Assembly: GCF_965240435.1 (NCBI RefSeq)
Contig: NZ_CBDEKO010000003.1
Source: Moorena producens
GTDB taxonomy: Bacteria > Cyanobacteriota > Cyanobacteriia > Cyanobacteriales > Coleofasciculaceae
Reading direction: 5' to 3' (one strand)
DNA length: 64,000 nt
Made by a program: the position numbers and the translations under genes. Of this stretch, positions 29,065 through 39,096 are shown piece by piece. Position 1 is the first letter of the stretch, and each line of letters begins with the position of its first letter. Below the pieces are notes generated by a model. The model was not told where the DNA came from. It searched no databases and worked only from the letters and a program-made list of their open reading frames with translations.

Positions 29065-30594
29065 ATGCTACCAATACCGGATTACTTAATTGCCCTGACT
29101 GTAGTACTGGTGGTAATCCCATCAGTATTCGTAATTTTACTACGTTTTGCTCTCCATACCCATCTTTTATCCCTAGGGAAGCGAGTAAGAAGACTAATCC
29201 ATGGACAGCCTCGTGGGAAAAAACCCAGAATTGTAGAGGAGCTAGAAAGACGGTTCTCAGATGCTAGCCGACATTTAGAGCAGGTCAATACAGGCGCATT
29301 AATTGACCAAGCCTACAGCCACGAAAAAGTTGTTGGCATATCTTGTGACCAAATTGATTACATTGGTCGGATTATGCCTAGCTTACTGTTATCCTTTGGC
29401 TTACTAGGTACCTTTATCGGCATCACCATCAATTTGTTAGCACTCAGTCAAACAATCAGTCAGTCTGATGCTACCGATATCAATACTTTAGTTAACCAAT
29501 TACAGCAACCCCTAGAAGGGATGGGAATTGCTTTTACCACTAGCTTAACCGCTATCTTTTTTAGTGCTGTCTTAACGGTAATTAACGTCGCCTTCAATAC
29601 AGGGCTAGCGAAAAACAATCTAATTAGTTACTTAGAAGATTACTTGGATAATATTTATCAGCCGAGTTTAGCAGGGCAAACACGCCTGGATGTATTAGTT
29701 CAGGGGATGTCCAATATCTTTGAAAGCTTTTTGGCGAGATTTGGTCAGACTGTTCGAGAAGCAGTGGAATCATCACTACGAGAAAAAGTTCAAGAAATTG
29801 CTGATGCTAACACTCAAGTGCTTAAACTAGCAGAAAATTCTTACAATAGATTCTTCCAAGCTGCTAGTACTATCGCTAGAAGTGCTGAAGAATTTCAACT
29901 AGCTGCTGCTCAATTTACCCAAGTTGCTCAAACCTTTGAGCATAGCCAGTTTCCTCAAAAATTATCTAAGGCTACAGTAGATTTAACTAGAACCCAAAGC
30001 AGTTTCTCTGAGTCAGCCAGTATGTTATCTCAATCAGTGCAAGGCATGGGAGTAGCAATGGCTGAACTTCAACGTCATGGGGTGAAGTTGGTAAAATTGG
30101 CAGAAGAAATCAGTGCCCTCAGACAATCTTCTCTAGAAGTAGTAAAGCAGCATCATCACAGTCAACAAGCCCTAGGGAAGATTATCCCCCAACTTCAGCA
30201 AGGAGCACAGGGATTTCAGTCAGCGATCGCTCGACTTGATCAATTAGAGCAACGGATTGCTTCTCGAAGCGATAGCTTGAGTGACGTTCACGCTGAATTG
30301 GCTAAGTTAGTGTCAAATGTGAAAAGCTATACCGAAGGAGTAAGTCTGGGAATTCAGGCTTTAGGCGATCGCCTTGATCAAAGTATTACTCAGCAAGCTA
30401 ATACTGACCAGCATAATTATGAAATTATGCGACACAATCTTGAAAAAGTTGTCAATCATCTCAATAACACCAATCAGGAAATTGCTAAGATTAGCCAAAA
30501 ACTGACTGAGTCCAATCAAATCGATGGTTCAACTCGCATAACTCAAGATATGACTGTAGGAGAGCTAGTCAGGCGTTTGAGCAGTGAACGATAA
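29065..30594 (+). CDS. MotA/TolQ/ExbB-family proton-channel protein with ~320-aa C-terminal coiled-coil tail (ZorA-like)
   Basis: ORF track 509 aa. N-terminal TM helices, a MotA-type plug/TM3-4 region PSLLLSFGLLGTFIGI...GMGIAFTTSLTAIFFSAVL, then a long heptad-rich helical tail to the C-terminus. Confidence 0.7.
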   Translation: MLPIPDYLIALTVVLVVIPSVFVILLRFALHTHLLSLGKRVRRLIHGQPRGKKPRIVEELERRFSDASRHLEQVNTGALIDQAYSHEKVVGISCDQIDYIGRIMPSLLLSFGLLGTFIGITINLLALSQTISQSDATDINTLVNQLQQPLEGMGIAFTTSLTAIFFSAVLTVINVAFNTGLAKNNLISYLEDYLDNIYQPSLAGQTRLDVLVQGMSNIFESFLARFGQTVREAVESSLREKVQEIADANTQVLKLAENSYNRFFQAASTIARSAEEFQLAAAQFTQVAQTFEHSQFPQKLSKATVDLTRTQSSFSESASMLSQSVQGMGVAMAELQRHGVKLVKLAEEISALRQSSLEVVKQHHHSQQALGKIIPQLQQGAQGFQSAIARLDQLEQRIASRSDSLSDVHAELAKLVSNVKSYTEGVSLGIQALGDRLDQSITQQANTDQHNYEIMRHNLEKVVNHLNNTNQEIAKISQKLTESNQIDGSTRITQDMTVGELVRRLSSER

Positions 30595-30597
30595 ACC

Positions 30598-30880
30598 TGG
30601 CAAATCCTTAGCTGTCAGCCTTCAGCTGTCAGCCGTCAGCTGTCAGCCGTCAGCTAAAAGCTCACGCGTGCGCGTTCAGCTTAAAATAAACCTCTAAGCG
30701 TGAGAATTTAATAGTTCGAGAAAGTCTGGGAATTTGCCCATATAAGCATATGCCCTTAGCCCATAAGCTGATAGCTGAATGCTGATAACTGATAACTGAA
30801 TGCTGATAGCTGATAACTGAATGCTGATAGCTGAATGCTGATAGCTGAATGCTGAATGCTGAATGCTTACAGCAAATGAT
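30598..30880. repeat. Repeat array between the MotA-like and MotB-like genes (GCTGTCAGCC/AGCTGAATGCTGATA units, cacgcgtgcgcg palindrome)
   Basis: Read directly. About 280 bp, almost entirely repeats. Confidence 0.8.
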
Positions 30881-30916
30881 TAATAGTAATTATAAGATTG
30901 ACAGAGAATTGATAAA

Positions 30917-31771
30917 ATGCGTCGTTCACGAAATAATGATTGGAATGAAGAGATAAATCTCTGGCCAGCTTTTACAGACTTAATGTCTAATGCCTTCATG
31001 ATCCTGATCTTATTTTTGTTGCTCTCTATCCTGAAGTCTGTGCTGGCACAAACTTCCTTGGAATCAACCATTGATGATCTCACCAGAAGTGAAGATGAAG
31101 TGGTGCAATTGGCAAGGGAGAATGCCGAATTACGAGCTAAGGCAGCTCGGGTTGATCAACTTGAGCGTGGCGTAGCGGTTTGGAGAGCTAGGGCAAAGCG
31201 CTCAACTGTCCGCGAAAAGGCACTAGAACAGCAGGTTAGGTCTTTGCAGGTACAGATTGCTGCAGCACCAAAACCACCAGATACACCTCCGATTATTGTA
31301 ATCAAAGATCAGGGGGATTACCGATTTGATTCCGGTAGTGCGCAAATTCCATCAGCCATGAAAGACTATATTCGGCAGCAAATTGTCCCTGCTATTGAAA
31401 GCAATGCCAAAGACTATGAAATTAATGTAGTAGAACTGATTGGTCACACCGATGGTCAACCTAATCTTGGTGGTAGCAATATCGACCAAACTATTGGGAA
31501 TGTGGTTAATAAAAATTCCTCTATCAGTCAACTTAGACCAGGATCTAATGCTGATTTAGGACTGATGCGAGCTTTGGCAGTTGTGCAGTTACTCCGTGAG
31601 ATTCAAGCTAAGGAAGGGCGGCTCAAGGGGCTGCAATTTCGGGCTTATTCTGCAGCTCAGTTAATTTTACCTAATGGGCAAATTGCTCCGATTAGTTTAA
31701 AGGATGATCAAACTAGGCGCAGGATTGAAATTCGCTTTACTCGTCTCGGTAGGGTGACAAATGTTCAATAA
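30917..31771 (+). CDS. MotB/OmpA-family protein (ZorB-like stator partner)
   Basis: ORF track 284 aa. N-terminal WPAFTDLMSNAFMILILFLLL (the MotB/TolR-type TM with conserved Asp), a coiled-coil linker, and a C-terminal OmpA-like peptidoglycan-binding domain (INVVELIGHTDG). Confidence 0.7.
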   Translation: MRRSRNNDWNEEINLWPAFTDLMSNAFMILILFLLLSILKSVLAQTSLESTIDDLTRSEDEVVQLARENAELRAKAARVDQLERGVAVWRARAKRSTVREKALEQQVRSLQVQIAAAPKPPDTPPIIVIKDQGDYRFDSGSAQIPSAMKDYIRQQIVPAIESNAKDYEINVVELIGHTDGQPNLGGSNIDQTIGNVVNKNSSISQLRPGSNADLGLMRALAVVQLLREIQAKEGRLKGLQFRAYSAAQLILPNGQIAPISLKDDQTRRRIEIRFTRLGRVTNVQ

Positions 31772-31817
31772 TAGATGAACAGGAGACAATCTTGCTAATC
31801 TGGTAAGGAAAGATACG

Positions 31818-32000
31818 TCAGCTGTCAGCCCTCAGCTGTCAGCTGAATGGTTACAAAGATGGTAGTCATGAATTTGCGATCGCTAGCCAACGCCCTTCGG
31901 GCTAATCGCCTTTGGCGCGGCTGAGGCCTTTGGCCACGCTGCGCGTTCGCGTAGCGTCGGCTTTGCCGAAACGCCGATGAAGCGAAGCTTCCGCGCTTAT
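31818..32000. repeat. Intergenic repeat block (cagctgtcagc tandem units, gcgatcgc HIP1 sites, ggcctttggcc palindrome)
   Basis: Read directly. Confidence 0.75.
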
Positions 32001-32053
32001 GCGATCGCAAATTCATTGATTAGGCTTTCTATGGTGAACAAGGAATAATCGCC

Positions 32054-32635
32054 ATGACCTATGTCGTAGATAAACAAAAAGACCAACTGCTAGTCCACTC
32101 CGGGGTAAGTTGGCATAACTTCAAATCAATTCAAGCGGGGTTCGTCAACTCCCCAGGAATTCGACTGTTCTACTACAGGGGTGAGGTAGAAATATTGGCA
32201 GTTTCCCAAGAGCATGAAGCGTTCAGTGGTGTCATAGCACTGTTGCTGGGTACTTATTTTGTTGAAAAACAAATTGAGTTTACTCCAACCGGCAGCTTTA
32301 CCCAAGAGAAGGAAGGGGAAGCATCTGCACAAGCAGACCAATCTTACCTAATTGGTAGAGCGTCAGGAGTGATTGCAGACCTCTCTATTGAAGTTGTCTT
32401 TACCAGTGGTAACCAGAGCAAGCTAAATCGTTACCGAGCATTAGGAGTACCCGAAGTTTGGTTTTGGGAGGATGGTGTATTTGCTTTGTACCACTTGCGC
32501 TCTGATGGTTACGAAAAAATTTCCCAGAGTGAAGTCTTGCCAGATTTGGATATTGACTTATTGTCTCGGTGTCTGATGATGGCTTCCAAAGTTGAAGCGA
32601 TTAGGCACTTCAGACAAGCTATCTCTGAGACTTAG
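32054..32635 (+). CDS. Uma2 family (DUF820) PD-(D/E)xK-type putative endonuclease
   Basis: ORF track 193 aa. ADLSIEVVFTSGN...KLNRYRALGVPEVWFWE matches the Uma2 D/E/K core. Confidence 0.75.
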   Translation: MTYVVDKQKDQLLVHSGVSWHNFKSIQAGFVNSPGIRLFYYRGEVEILAVSQEHEAFSGVIALLLGTYFVEKQIEFTPTGSFTQEKEGEASAQADQSYLIGRASGVIADLSIEVVFTSGNQSKLNRYRALGVPEVWFWEDGVFALYHLRSDGYEKISQSEVLPDLDIDLLSRCLMMASKVEAIRHFRQAISET

Positions 32636-32659
32636 AAGAATCCTTAAGATTACGACAGT

Positions 32660-32762
32660 AGGGTGTGTTAGGGGAGCCCTCATTTTCCGCCTAGTAGTCA
32701 GGGTTAGGTTGCTGCCTGTAACCCACCACTGCTCGGTCAAACAACTGTTAGGAGATGCACCC
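32660..32762. repeat. Copy B of the ~102-bp dispersed element
   Basis: See copy A. Same orientation, again directly 3' of a plus-strand gene. Confidence 0.75.
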
Positions 32763-32819
32763 GTAGTAGTCAAAGCAATTATCCTCAATGGATTAGGGTT
32801 GGTCTCCAGACCTTTATTC

Positions 32820-35800
32820 TTATTCCCTTTCTATCGGAGTCCAATCGCCAAAGAGAATAAAACTTGCCCAGTAAAAAGGATGTTGATATTCCTTACTCTT
32901 AAGCATTTCTAATTGAGTCTGACGCAAAGCTTCACTACGCCCCTGATTTGCCTTCAATCGTTGGTAATATTCAATCATCAGGTTTTTTGTTGCTATATCA
33001 TCTACTTGGCACAGGCTAACCAGTTGACTTTCTGTTCCAGCGATAACAAAGGCGCGACGCAGTCCATAGATTCCTTCCCCTATAGTGATATCTCCTAAAC
33101 CTGTCTCACAAGCGGATAAAACTACTAATTCTGTTCCCATTAGATCGAGTCCACTAACTTCTAAAGCTGTCAAAATCCCATCATCACCCCCACTTTGAGC
33201 AAAGTTAACCTCTGCCAATATTAACCCACTACGGAGCAAAGGATTCCCCACCTCGGTTTTGTCTTCAAAGAAGCTGTGAGTAGCCAGATGGAGAATACTA
33301 GGACTATTAACTTGTTTGAGGGCATTTTCCGTTGCTTGGGAACCGTTCAGAATTTCGGTATTTGGGAAAACTTGGGCAATGGCTTGTGCTTCCTCAGTCG
33401 TAGTTGGTAAGGGAGGAAATGACATCTGTGGGATGGAATAATTTGAGTTAGTAGCTAACCCTTCACCTAGTCCGTTATCGAGAGGATTGCCTTGTATATC
33501 GAGAGGATTGGCTAGTATCAATGGGGGTTGTTGGCTGGGGATTTTGCTTTGTAGTCGCAGTAAGTCTCGTCCAGAGGTTAGATAGGTGAAGTTGTAGTTT
33601 TCAATGAGATAGTGGTTATTTTCATCAACTAGAGCTTGAAAGGGAATCAGGCCAAGTATGCCATCAGGAGAAAGGAGGACATGACGGAAATCTTCTAGGG
33701 GATTATTTAAACCTTGGTAGGGTTTTCCTAGCAATTGTCGTACAGGCTGCATTACAAGAGCATCAAGTGTTCTGGAGGATTGCTTGAGTTGCTTGATGGG
33801 GTTATGTCTGTCTTGCAAACTAAAGCGGAAATCAACCAATGCCTGTTCGATGGCTTCTGCATCTCCTAAGTCTATCCCTTGTGGGTCCCCTTGTGGACGA
33901 AGGATGTAAGCAGCATAGCGAGGTTTACCAAAACCTTGGTTGAATGGAGCCTTAGGATTAAAGGGTCGGTATTGTACCAATTCCACTAACACAGCATTGG
34001 CAGGAATAAGTTTTTGAATAGCTTCTAGGGTGATGGGTTGGGACAGGGTACGAAATTCAGCACTGCGGCGGCTAATTTGGTTTTCGAGTTGGTGAGCTTC
34101 CGCTGTTAGGGTGTTGATTTGCTGGCGATATTGTTGGAGAGAAACATTATTTTCGGGTTTTTGGTAATATAGGTTGGCTAATTGGGTGCGAGTGTTGTTG
34201 AGTTGATCCAGTAACCTTTGGCTTTCAGGATCAATGAGCTGACGGAGAGTTTGTTGATTGTTGGCTAAGACATCGAGAATACGACCCTTGCGTTGTAACA
34301 CAGTAGTGAGAGCAAGACGAGCAGCATTTGAATCGTTTGGTGCAGATTGAAGGTGTAAAGATACGCTGGCATTTGTAGTCTCAGAGAAAGATGCTATGTA
34401 ATTAGCTTTTTGCCTTTCACTACCAGCGATAATATTTCCAGTAAGGTTATATTCTTCAATCTCAAGTCCTTTGATCAAAAAATCAATAGCATCAGCAATA
34501 TTGCCTTGAGCCCAGTAGAGTGTTGATAGGTTATTGAGGGTTTGTGCTACATCGGGATGGTCCTCTCCTAATAGTTTCTTTCTCAGAGCTAATGCTTGGT
34601 GATAGAGAGGTTCTGCCTCACCATACCTACCCTGGAAACTGTATAATTCAGCTAGGTTGTTGAGACTAGCTGCTACATCGGGATGGTTCTCTCCTAATAG
34701 TTTCTGTCTCAGGGCTAATGCGTGCTGATAGAGAGGTTCTGCCTCACCATACCTACCCTGGAAACTATACAAAGCAGCCAGGTTATTGAGACTAGCTGCC
34801 ACATCGGGATGGTCGCTTCCTAATAGTTTCTGTCTCAGGGCTAATGCGTGCTGATAGAGAGGTTCTGCCTCACCATACCTACCCTGGAAACTATACAAAG
34901 CAGCCAAGTCATTGAGACTAGCTGCCACATCGGGATGGTCGTCTCCTAATAGTTTCCGTCTCAGGGCTAATGCTTGCCGATATAAAGGTTCTGCCTCACC
35001 ATACCTACCTTGGAAACGGTACAGAGCAGCCAGGTTGTTGAGACTAGATGCTACATGGGGATGGTCTTGTCCTAATAGTTTCTTTATCAGGGCTAATGCT
35101 TGCTGATACAGAGGTTCTGCCTCACCATACCTACCTTGGAAACTATATAGAGCAGCCAGGTTGTTGAGACTATATGCCACATCGGGATGCTCATCTCCTA
35201 ATAGTTTCTTTCTCAGGGCTAATGCTTGCTGATACAGAGGTTCTGCTTCAGCATACCTACCCTGGAAACTATACAGTTCAGCTAGGTTATTGAGACTAGC
35301 TGCCACATCAGGATGGTCGTCTCCTAATAGTTTCTTTCTCAGGGCTAATGCTTGCTGATAGAGAGGTTCTGCTTCAGCATACCTACCTTGGAAACTATAC
35401 AGAGCAGCCAAGTCATTGAGACTAGCTGCCACATCGGGATGGTCGTCTCCTAATAGTTTCCGTCTCAGGGCTAATGCTTGCTGATACAGAGGTTCTGCCT
35501 CAGCATACCTACCTTGGAAACGGTACAGAGCAGCCAGGTTGTTCAGACTAGACGCTACATCGGGATGGTCTTGTCCTAATAGTTTCTGTCTCAGGACTAA
35601 TGCTTGCTGATACAGAGGTTCTGCCTCAGCATACCTACCCTGGAAACTATATAGAGCAGCCAGGTTGTTGAGACTAGCCGCCACATCAAGATGGTCTTGT
35701 CCTAATAGTTTATTCCTAGTATCTAAAGCCTGCTGATAGAGAGGTTCTGCCTCACTGTATCTCCCTTGGAGACTATATAGGTTGGCTAGGTTGGTAAGTA

Positions 35801-38800
35801 CTGCTGCTTCTCCTATAGAATCGGCAATTTTTATACTAATAGCTAAAGCTTGCTTATAAAAGGTGATTCCTTTCTCATACTGTCCTAGGTTGGCATAAGC
35901 TTCTCCCAAGTTATTGAGGTTTAAGCTTTCTGTACTGCGATCGCCAATCTCTCTGCTGATAGCTAAAGCTCGTTCATAGAAAGCAATTGCTTTATTATAC
36001 TGTCCTAGATTGACATAAATAGCCCCCAAATTTAAGAGGTTTAAGCTTTCTGTCCTGCGATCGTCAATCGCTCTGCTGAGGGGTAAAGCTTTTTGATAGT
36101 AATCAATTGCCTTCTGATACTCTCCTAGATTGGCATAAGCTTCTCCCAAGTTATTGAGGTTTAAACTTTCTGTCCTGCGATCGCCAATCTCTCTGGTGAT
36201 AGCTAAAGCTTGTTGATAGTAATCAATTGCCTTATTATACTCTCCTAGATTGGCATAAGCTTCCCCCAAGTTTAAGAGGTTTAAGCTTTCTGTACTGTGA
36301 TCACGAATCTCTCTGGTGATAACTAAAGCTTGTTGATAGTAATCAATTGCCTTATTATACTCTCCTAGAGTAGCATAAGTAGCCCCAATATTTGTAATAA
36401 TTTGTACTTCTAATCCACGATTACCACTATCTCTTGCAAGATGCAAACCTGTTTTAAAATCCTCTAATGCTGCTTTAAATTGACCTTTATTATATTTTTC
36501 AACACCAGTTTTAAGTAAACTTTGAATCTCTTCATCAGTGGCTTGATATCTGGCATCATTTGGAGGAATGAAAGGAATATTAGTATTGCGTGTGATATTT
36601 AGAAATACCGAAGAAGGAATTGCTAATCTACCGCGACTTTTTTCTATAGTGATGCCAATACTCTGTACCCTAGCTTTTATTTGCTGATGAGTTGCAGTGA
36701 ATTGCTGAACATCTACCTGCACAGTGACAAGAGTGTCAGAATCTCTTTCTGTAGCTAGTTCGACCTTATTTTCTAATTCATCAAGTAAATCTAGAGTTTG
36801 ACGTAATGAGTCTGTCGCTGAATTGAGTTTTTTCTCTACTGCTAGTAGTTTATTTTCAGCTTCCTGTTGTTCTTCTCTTGCTATTTTGGCTTCATATCGT
36901 GCATCTTGTACTCTTGCGGTCACTTCTGTCAATTGTTGATCAGCTTCTTGAATCTGCCGTTCCTTGTCCTTAATTTTTATTTGAGCTTCTTCAGTAACTT
37001 GCTTGAGGCGTTTCCTTTCGGCAATTAAGTCTTCATCAATCTGCTGTAATTTCTGCTCTGCATCCTGACGTGCTGAATCGGCTTCTAGTTGAATCTGCCT
37101 TGCTTTTTCTGCTTGCCGCTCTGCTTGCTCTTGATTACTAACTGCTGTTTGTAGTTTTTGTTCTGTTTCATCAACTAATTTTTCTAATTCATTTTTCTCT
37201 TGTAACAAACGATTTTTATCCGTTTTTAATCTCTTTTTTTCTAGATTTTGTTGTTTCTGCATTTCCTGAAGTTGGTATGTAGCATCAACATTAAATTGCT
37301 GGAAGCGTTCCTTTTCGGCAATTAAGTCTTGATTAATTTGCTGTAATTTCTGCTCTGCATCCTGACGTGCTGAATCGGCTTTTAGTTGAATCTGCCTTGC
37401 TTTTTCTGCTTGCTGCTCTGCTTGCTCTTGATTACTGACTGCTGTTTGGAGTTTTTCTTTGGTTTCATCAACTAATTTTTCTAATTCATTTTTTTCTTGT
37501 AACAAACGATTCTTATCCGTTTCTAATCTCTTTTTTTCTTGGCGTTTCTGTTTATGTATTTCCTCAAGTTGGTATTTAGCATCAACTAATTTCCGGTTGG
37601 CTCTACTGGCTAATATTATTGCGGAGCCTGCTCCTAATAGAGATATTGTGAGCACAATAAAACCCATACGCATTCTCTGAGCAGCTCTGTTTTGAGCCTT
37701 AGTTAGAATCTTATTGGCTTCTTTCTCAGCATTCAGAGCTAGTTCAGCACTGCGTTTCTCCAATTCTTGACTAGCAGCTAAAAACTGATAATCTAAATCA
37801 ATCAAGCTTTTATCCTTTGCCCATGCTTGAGCAGTCTGTAATGTCTGCCCTGTTAACAGCCGGGATTGATCTTGAAAATTAGAAGCTAACCAAGCCTGTA
37901 TTGACTCAGAGTAGGGGCGCAGGTGTTCTAATTCTTTTTCAAAAAAACTCTGATCAAAAACAGCTTCATAAATGCGGTTATAAACTCTTAATTTGCCATT
38001 CTGTTTAATTACCAAGCCCGACAGCCGCAATTCAACTTGCTCAAGACTGTCATCTGTAGTTATTTCTCGATGCTGCCAAATTTGCTGATAAAGTCCCAGC
38101 CGCCGTCCCAACCTTTGCTGATTCGAGAGAAGGCGATTACGGATGGTTCTCAAATGTTCTGGATTATCTTGAGATTCCCAATTTTCAATCAATCTGGACT
38201 GCACAAGTTGTTCGACCCACTCAGCTTCCTCTCCAATCGGAATAGGGGACTCAGATACAGAAATAAGTTGGCAAAGCTTTTGGGTCAAAAAAGGTTGACC
38301 CCCTGTCCAAACCAACACCTCTTTTAAAACTGTCTGAGGATTCCCGGTTTTAAGGGCTAAACCCCTGGCTAAGGGCTGAGCTTCATGGAGTTTAAAGCCA
38401 CAGGGTTCTATGGCTTTTCCAATGTTGAAAGGAGTGCGGTTTTTGTTTTGAATAAAATCCGAAGGTGTAGCAACTCCTAACAGGGCAAAGGTGAGACGTT
38501 TGTAGGCCGGTTTATCTACCCGCTGGTTGTAACAAGACCGAATAAAAGCAAAAAAATCGTCAGTAGAAAAATTTAAGCTGAGGACACTATCAATTTCATC
38601 AATAAAGATGACAATATGTTCATGTATTTCTTCTAGCAAAACTTCCTCAATAAACTCGCTCAAGCGCTGCACGGGAGATTCTAATTGCCGCTCCTTCCAC
38701 CACTTTCTGCGGTTAATTTTTCCTAATAGCTCAAACTCACTAACCAACTCATAGAACACTGCCATATACCAACCAACTGGGGTCACGTTTTCACTCCCAA

Positions 38801-39035
38801 TAGTGGTTAGGTCGATAGCAGCACAACTTACCCCTTCTTGCTCCAGCCTTTGCATCGTTCGCACTCGTAGGCTGGACTTACCCATCTGCCGCGAGTTGAG
38901 CACATAACAAAATTCCCCAGCCTTCACTCCCTCATAAAGCTCTTGGTCTGCTTGACGCACAACATAGGTAAGGGAATCAGCCGCTAGGCTTCCGCCAACT
39001 TGATATTGATAGACTGGGCTTTTTTCTGTACTCAT
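32820..39035 (-). CDS. Giant AAA-like NTPase / TM / coiled-coil / TPR / CHAT (caspase-like protease) protein
   Basis: ORF track 2071 aa. N-terminal AAA-like domain ([10 protein letters not shown] Walker A-like, [11 protein letters not shown] Walker B). One TM helix. A tandemly duplicated ~95-aa coiled coil. Three or more classical TPRs plus 12 near-identical 42-aa kinesin-light-chain-type TPRs ([36 protein letters not shown]). A C-terminal CHAT domain with His (LHLATHS) and Cys ([10 protein letters not shown]). Confidence 0.85.
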   Translation of the reverse strand: MSTEKSPVYQYQVGGSLAADSLTYVVRQADQELYEGVKAGEFCYVLNSRQMGKSSLRVRTMQRLEQEGVSCAAIDLTTIGSENVTPVGWYMAVFYELVSEFELLGKINRRKWWKERQLESPVQRLSEFIEEVLLEEIHEHIVIFIDEIDSVLSLNFSTDDFFAFIRSCYNQRVDKPAYKRLTFALLGVATPSDFIQNKNRTPFNIGKAIEPCGFKLHEAQPLARGLALKTGNPQTVLKEVLVWTGGQPFLTQKLCQLISVSESPIPIGEEAEWVEQLVQSRLIENWESQDNPEHLRTIRNRLLSNQQRLGRRLGLYQQIWQHREITTDDSLEQVELRLSGLVIKQNGKLRVYNRIYEAVFDQSFFEKELEHLRPYSESIQAWLASNFQDQSRLLTGQTLQTAQAWAKDKSLIDLDYQFLAASQELEKRSAELALNAEKEANKILTKAQNRAAQRMRMGFIVLTISLLGAGSAIILASRANRKLVDAKYQLEEIHKQKRQEKKRLETDKNRLLQEKNELEKLVDETKEKLQTAVSNQEQAEQQAEKARQIQLKADSARQDAEQKLQQINQDLIAEKERFQQFNVDATYQLQEMQKQQNLEKKRLKTDKNRLLQEKNELEKLVDETEQKLQTAVSNQEQAERQAEKARQIQLEADSARQDAEQKLQQIDEDLIAERKRLKQVTEEAQIKIKDKERQIQEADQQLTEVTARVQDARYEAKIAREEQQEAENKLLAVEKKLNSATDSLRQTLDLLDELENKVELATERDSDTLVTVQVDVQQFTATHQQIKARVQSIGITIEKSRGRLAIPSSVFLNITRNTNIPFIPPNDARYQATDEEIQSLLKTGVEKYNKGQFKAALEDFKTGLHLARDSGNRGLEVQIITNIGATYATLGEYNKAIDYYQQALVITREIRDHSTESLNLLNLGEAYANLGEYNKAIDYYQQALAITREIGDRRTESLNLNNLGEAYANLGEYQKAIDYYQKALPLSRAIDDRRTESLNLLNLGAIYVNLGQYNKAIAFYERALAISREIGDRSTESLNLNNLGEAYANLGQYEKGITFYKQALAISIKIADSIGEAAVLTNLANLYSLQGRYSEAEPLYQQALDTRNKLLGQDHLDVAASLNNLAALYSFQGRYAEAEPLYQQALVLRQKLLGQDHPDVASSLNNLAALYRFQGRYAEAEPLYQQALALRRKLLGDDHPDVAASLNDLAALYSFQGRYAEAEPLYQQALALRKKLLGDDHPDVAASLNNLAELYSFQGRYAEAEPLYQQALALRKKLLGDEHPDVAYSLNNLAALYSFQGRYGEAEPLYQQALALIKKLLGQDHPHVASSLNNLAALYRFQGRYGEAEPLYRQALALRRKLLGDDHPDVAASLNDLAALYSFQGRYGEAEPLYQHALALRQKLLGSDHPDVAASLNNLAALYSFQGRYGEAEPLYQHALALRQKLLGENHPDVAASLNNLAELYSFQGRYGEAEPLYHQALALRKKLLGEDHPDVAQTLNNLSTLYWAQGNIADAIDFLIKGLEIEEYNLTGNIIAGSERQKANYIASFSETTNASVSLHLQSAPNDSNAARLALTTVLQRKGRILDVLANNQQTLRQLIDPESQRLLDQLNNTRTQLANLYYQKPENNVSLQQYRQQINTLTAEAHQLENQISRRSAEFRTLSQPITLEAIQKLIPANAVLVELVQYRPFNPKAPFNQGFGKPRYAAYILRPQGDPQGIDLGDAEAIEQALVDFRFSLQDRHNPIKQLKQSSRTLDALVMQPVRQLLGKPYQGLNNPLEDFRHVLLSPDGILGLIPFQALVDENNHYLIENYNFTYLTSGRDLLRLQSKIPSQQPPLILANPLDIQGNPLDNGLGEGLATNSNYSIPQMSFPPLPTTTEEAQAIAQVFPNTEILNGSQATENALKQVNSPSILHLATHSFFEDKTEVGNPLLRSGLILAEVNFAQSGGDDGILTALEVSGLDLMGTELVVLSACETGLGDITIGEGIYGLRRAFVIAGTESQLVSLCQVDDIATKNLMIEYYQRLKANQGRSEALRQTQLEMLKSKEYQHPFYWASFILFGDWTPIERE

Positions 39036-39096
39036 CTCACTGGTAAATTTCCTTTGTTTTATCTAAATTTATTTTTAGGAAAAACAGATGGGTCAG

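Noticed and set aside
31825-32016. 63-aa minus-strand ORF (Arg/Ala-rich) between the MotB-like and Uma2 genes
   Set aside because: Lies wholly within the GC-palindrome/tandem repeat block. Its composition reflects the repeats, not a protein.
32054-32635. Uma2 nuclease as definite component of the MotAB-like module
   Set aside because: Not rejected as a hypothesis, but certainty was rejected. Uma2/DUF820 genes are extremely abundant in cyanobacterial genomes and an intergenic repeat block separates it from the MotB-like gene, so chance adjacency cannot be excluded from sequence alone.
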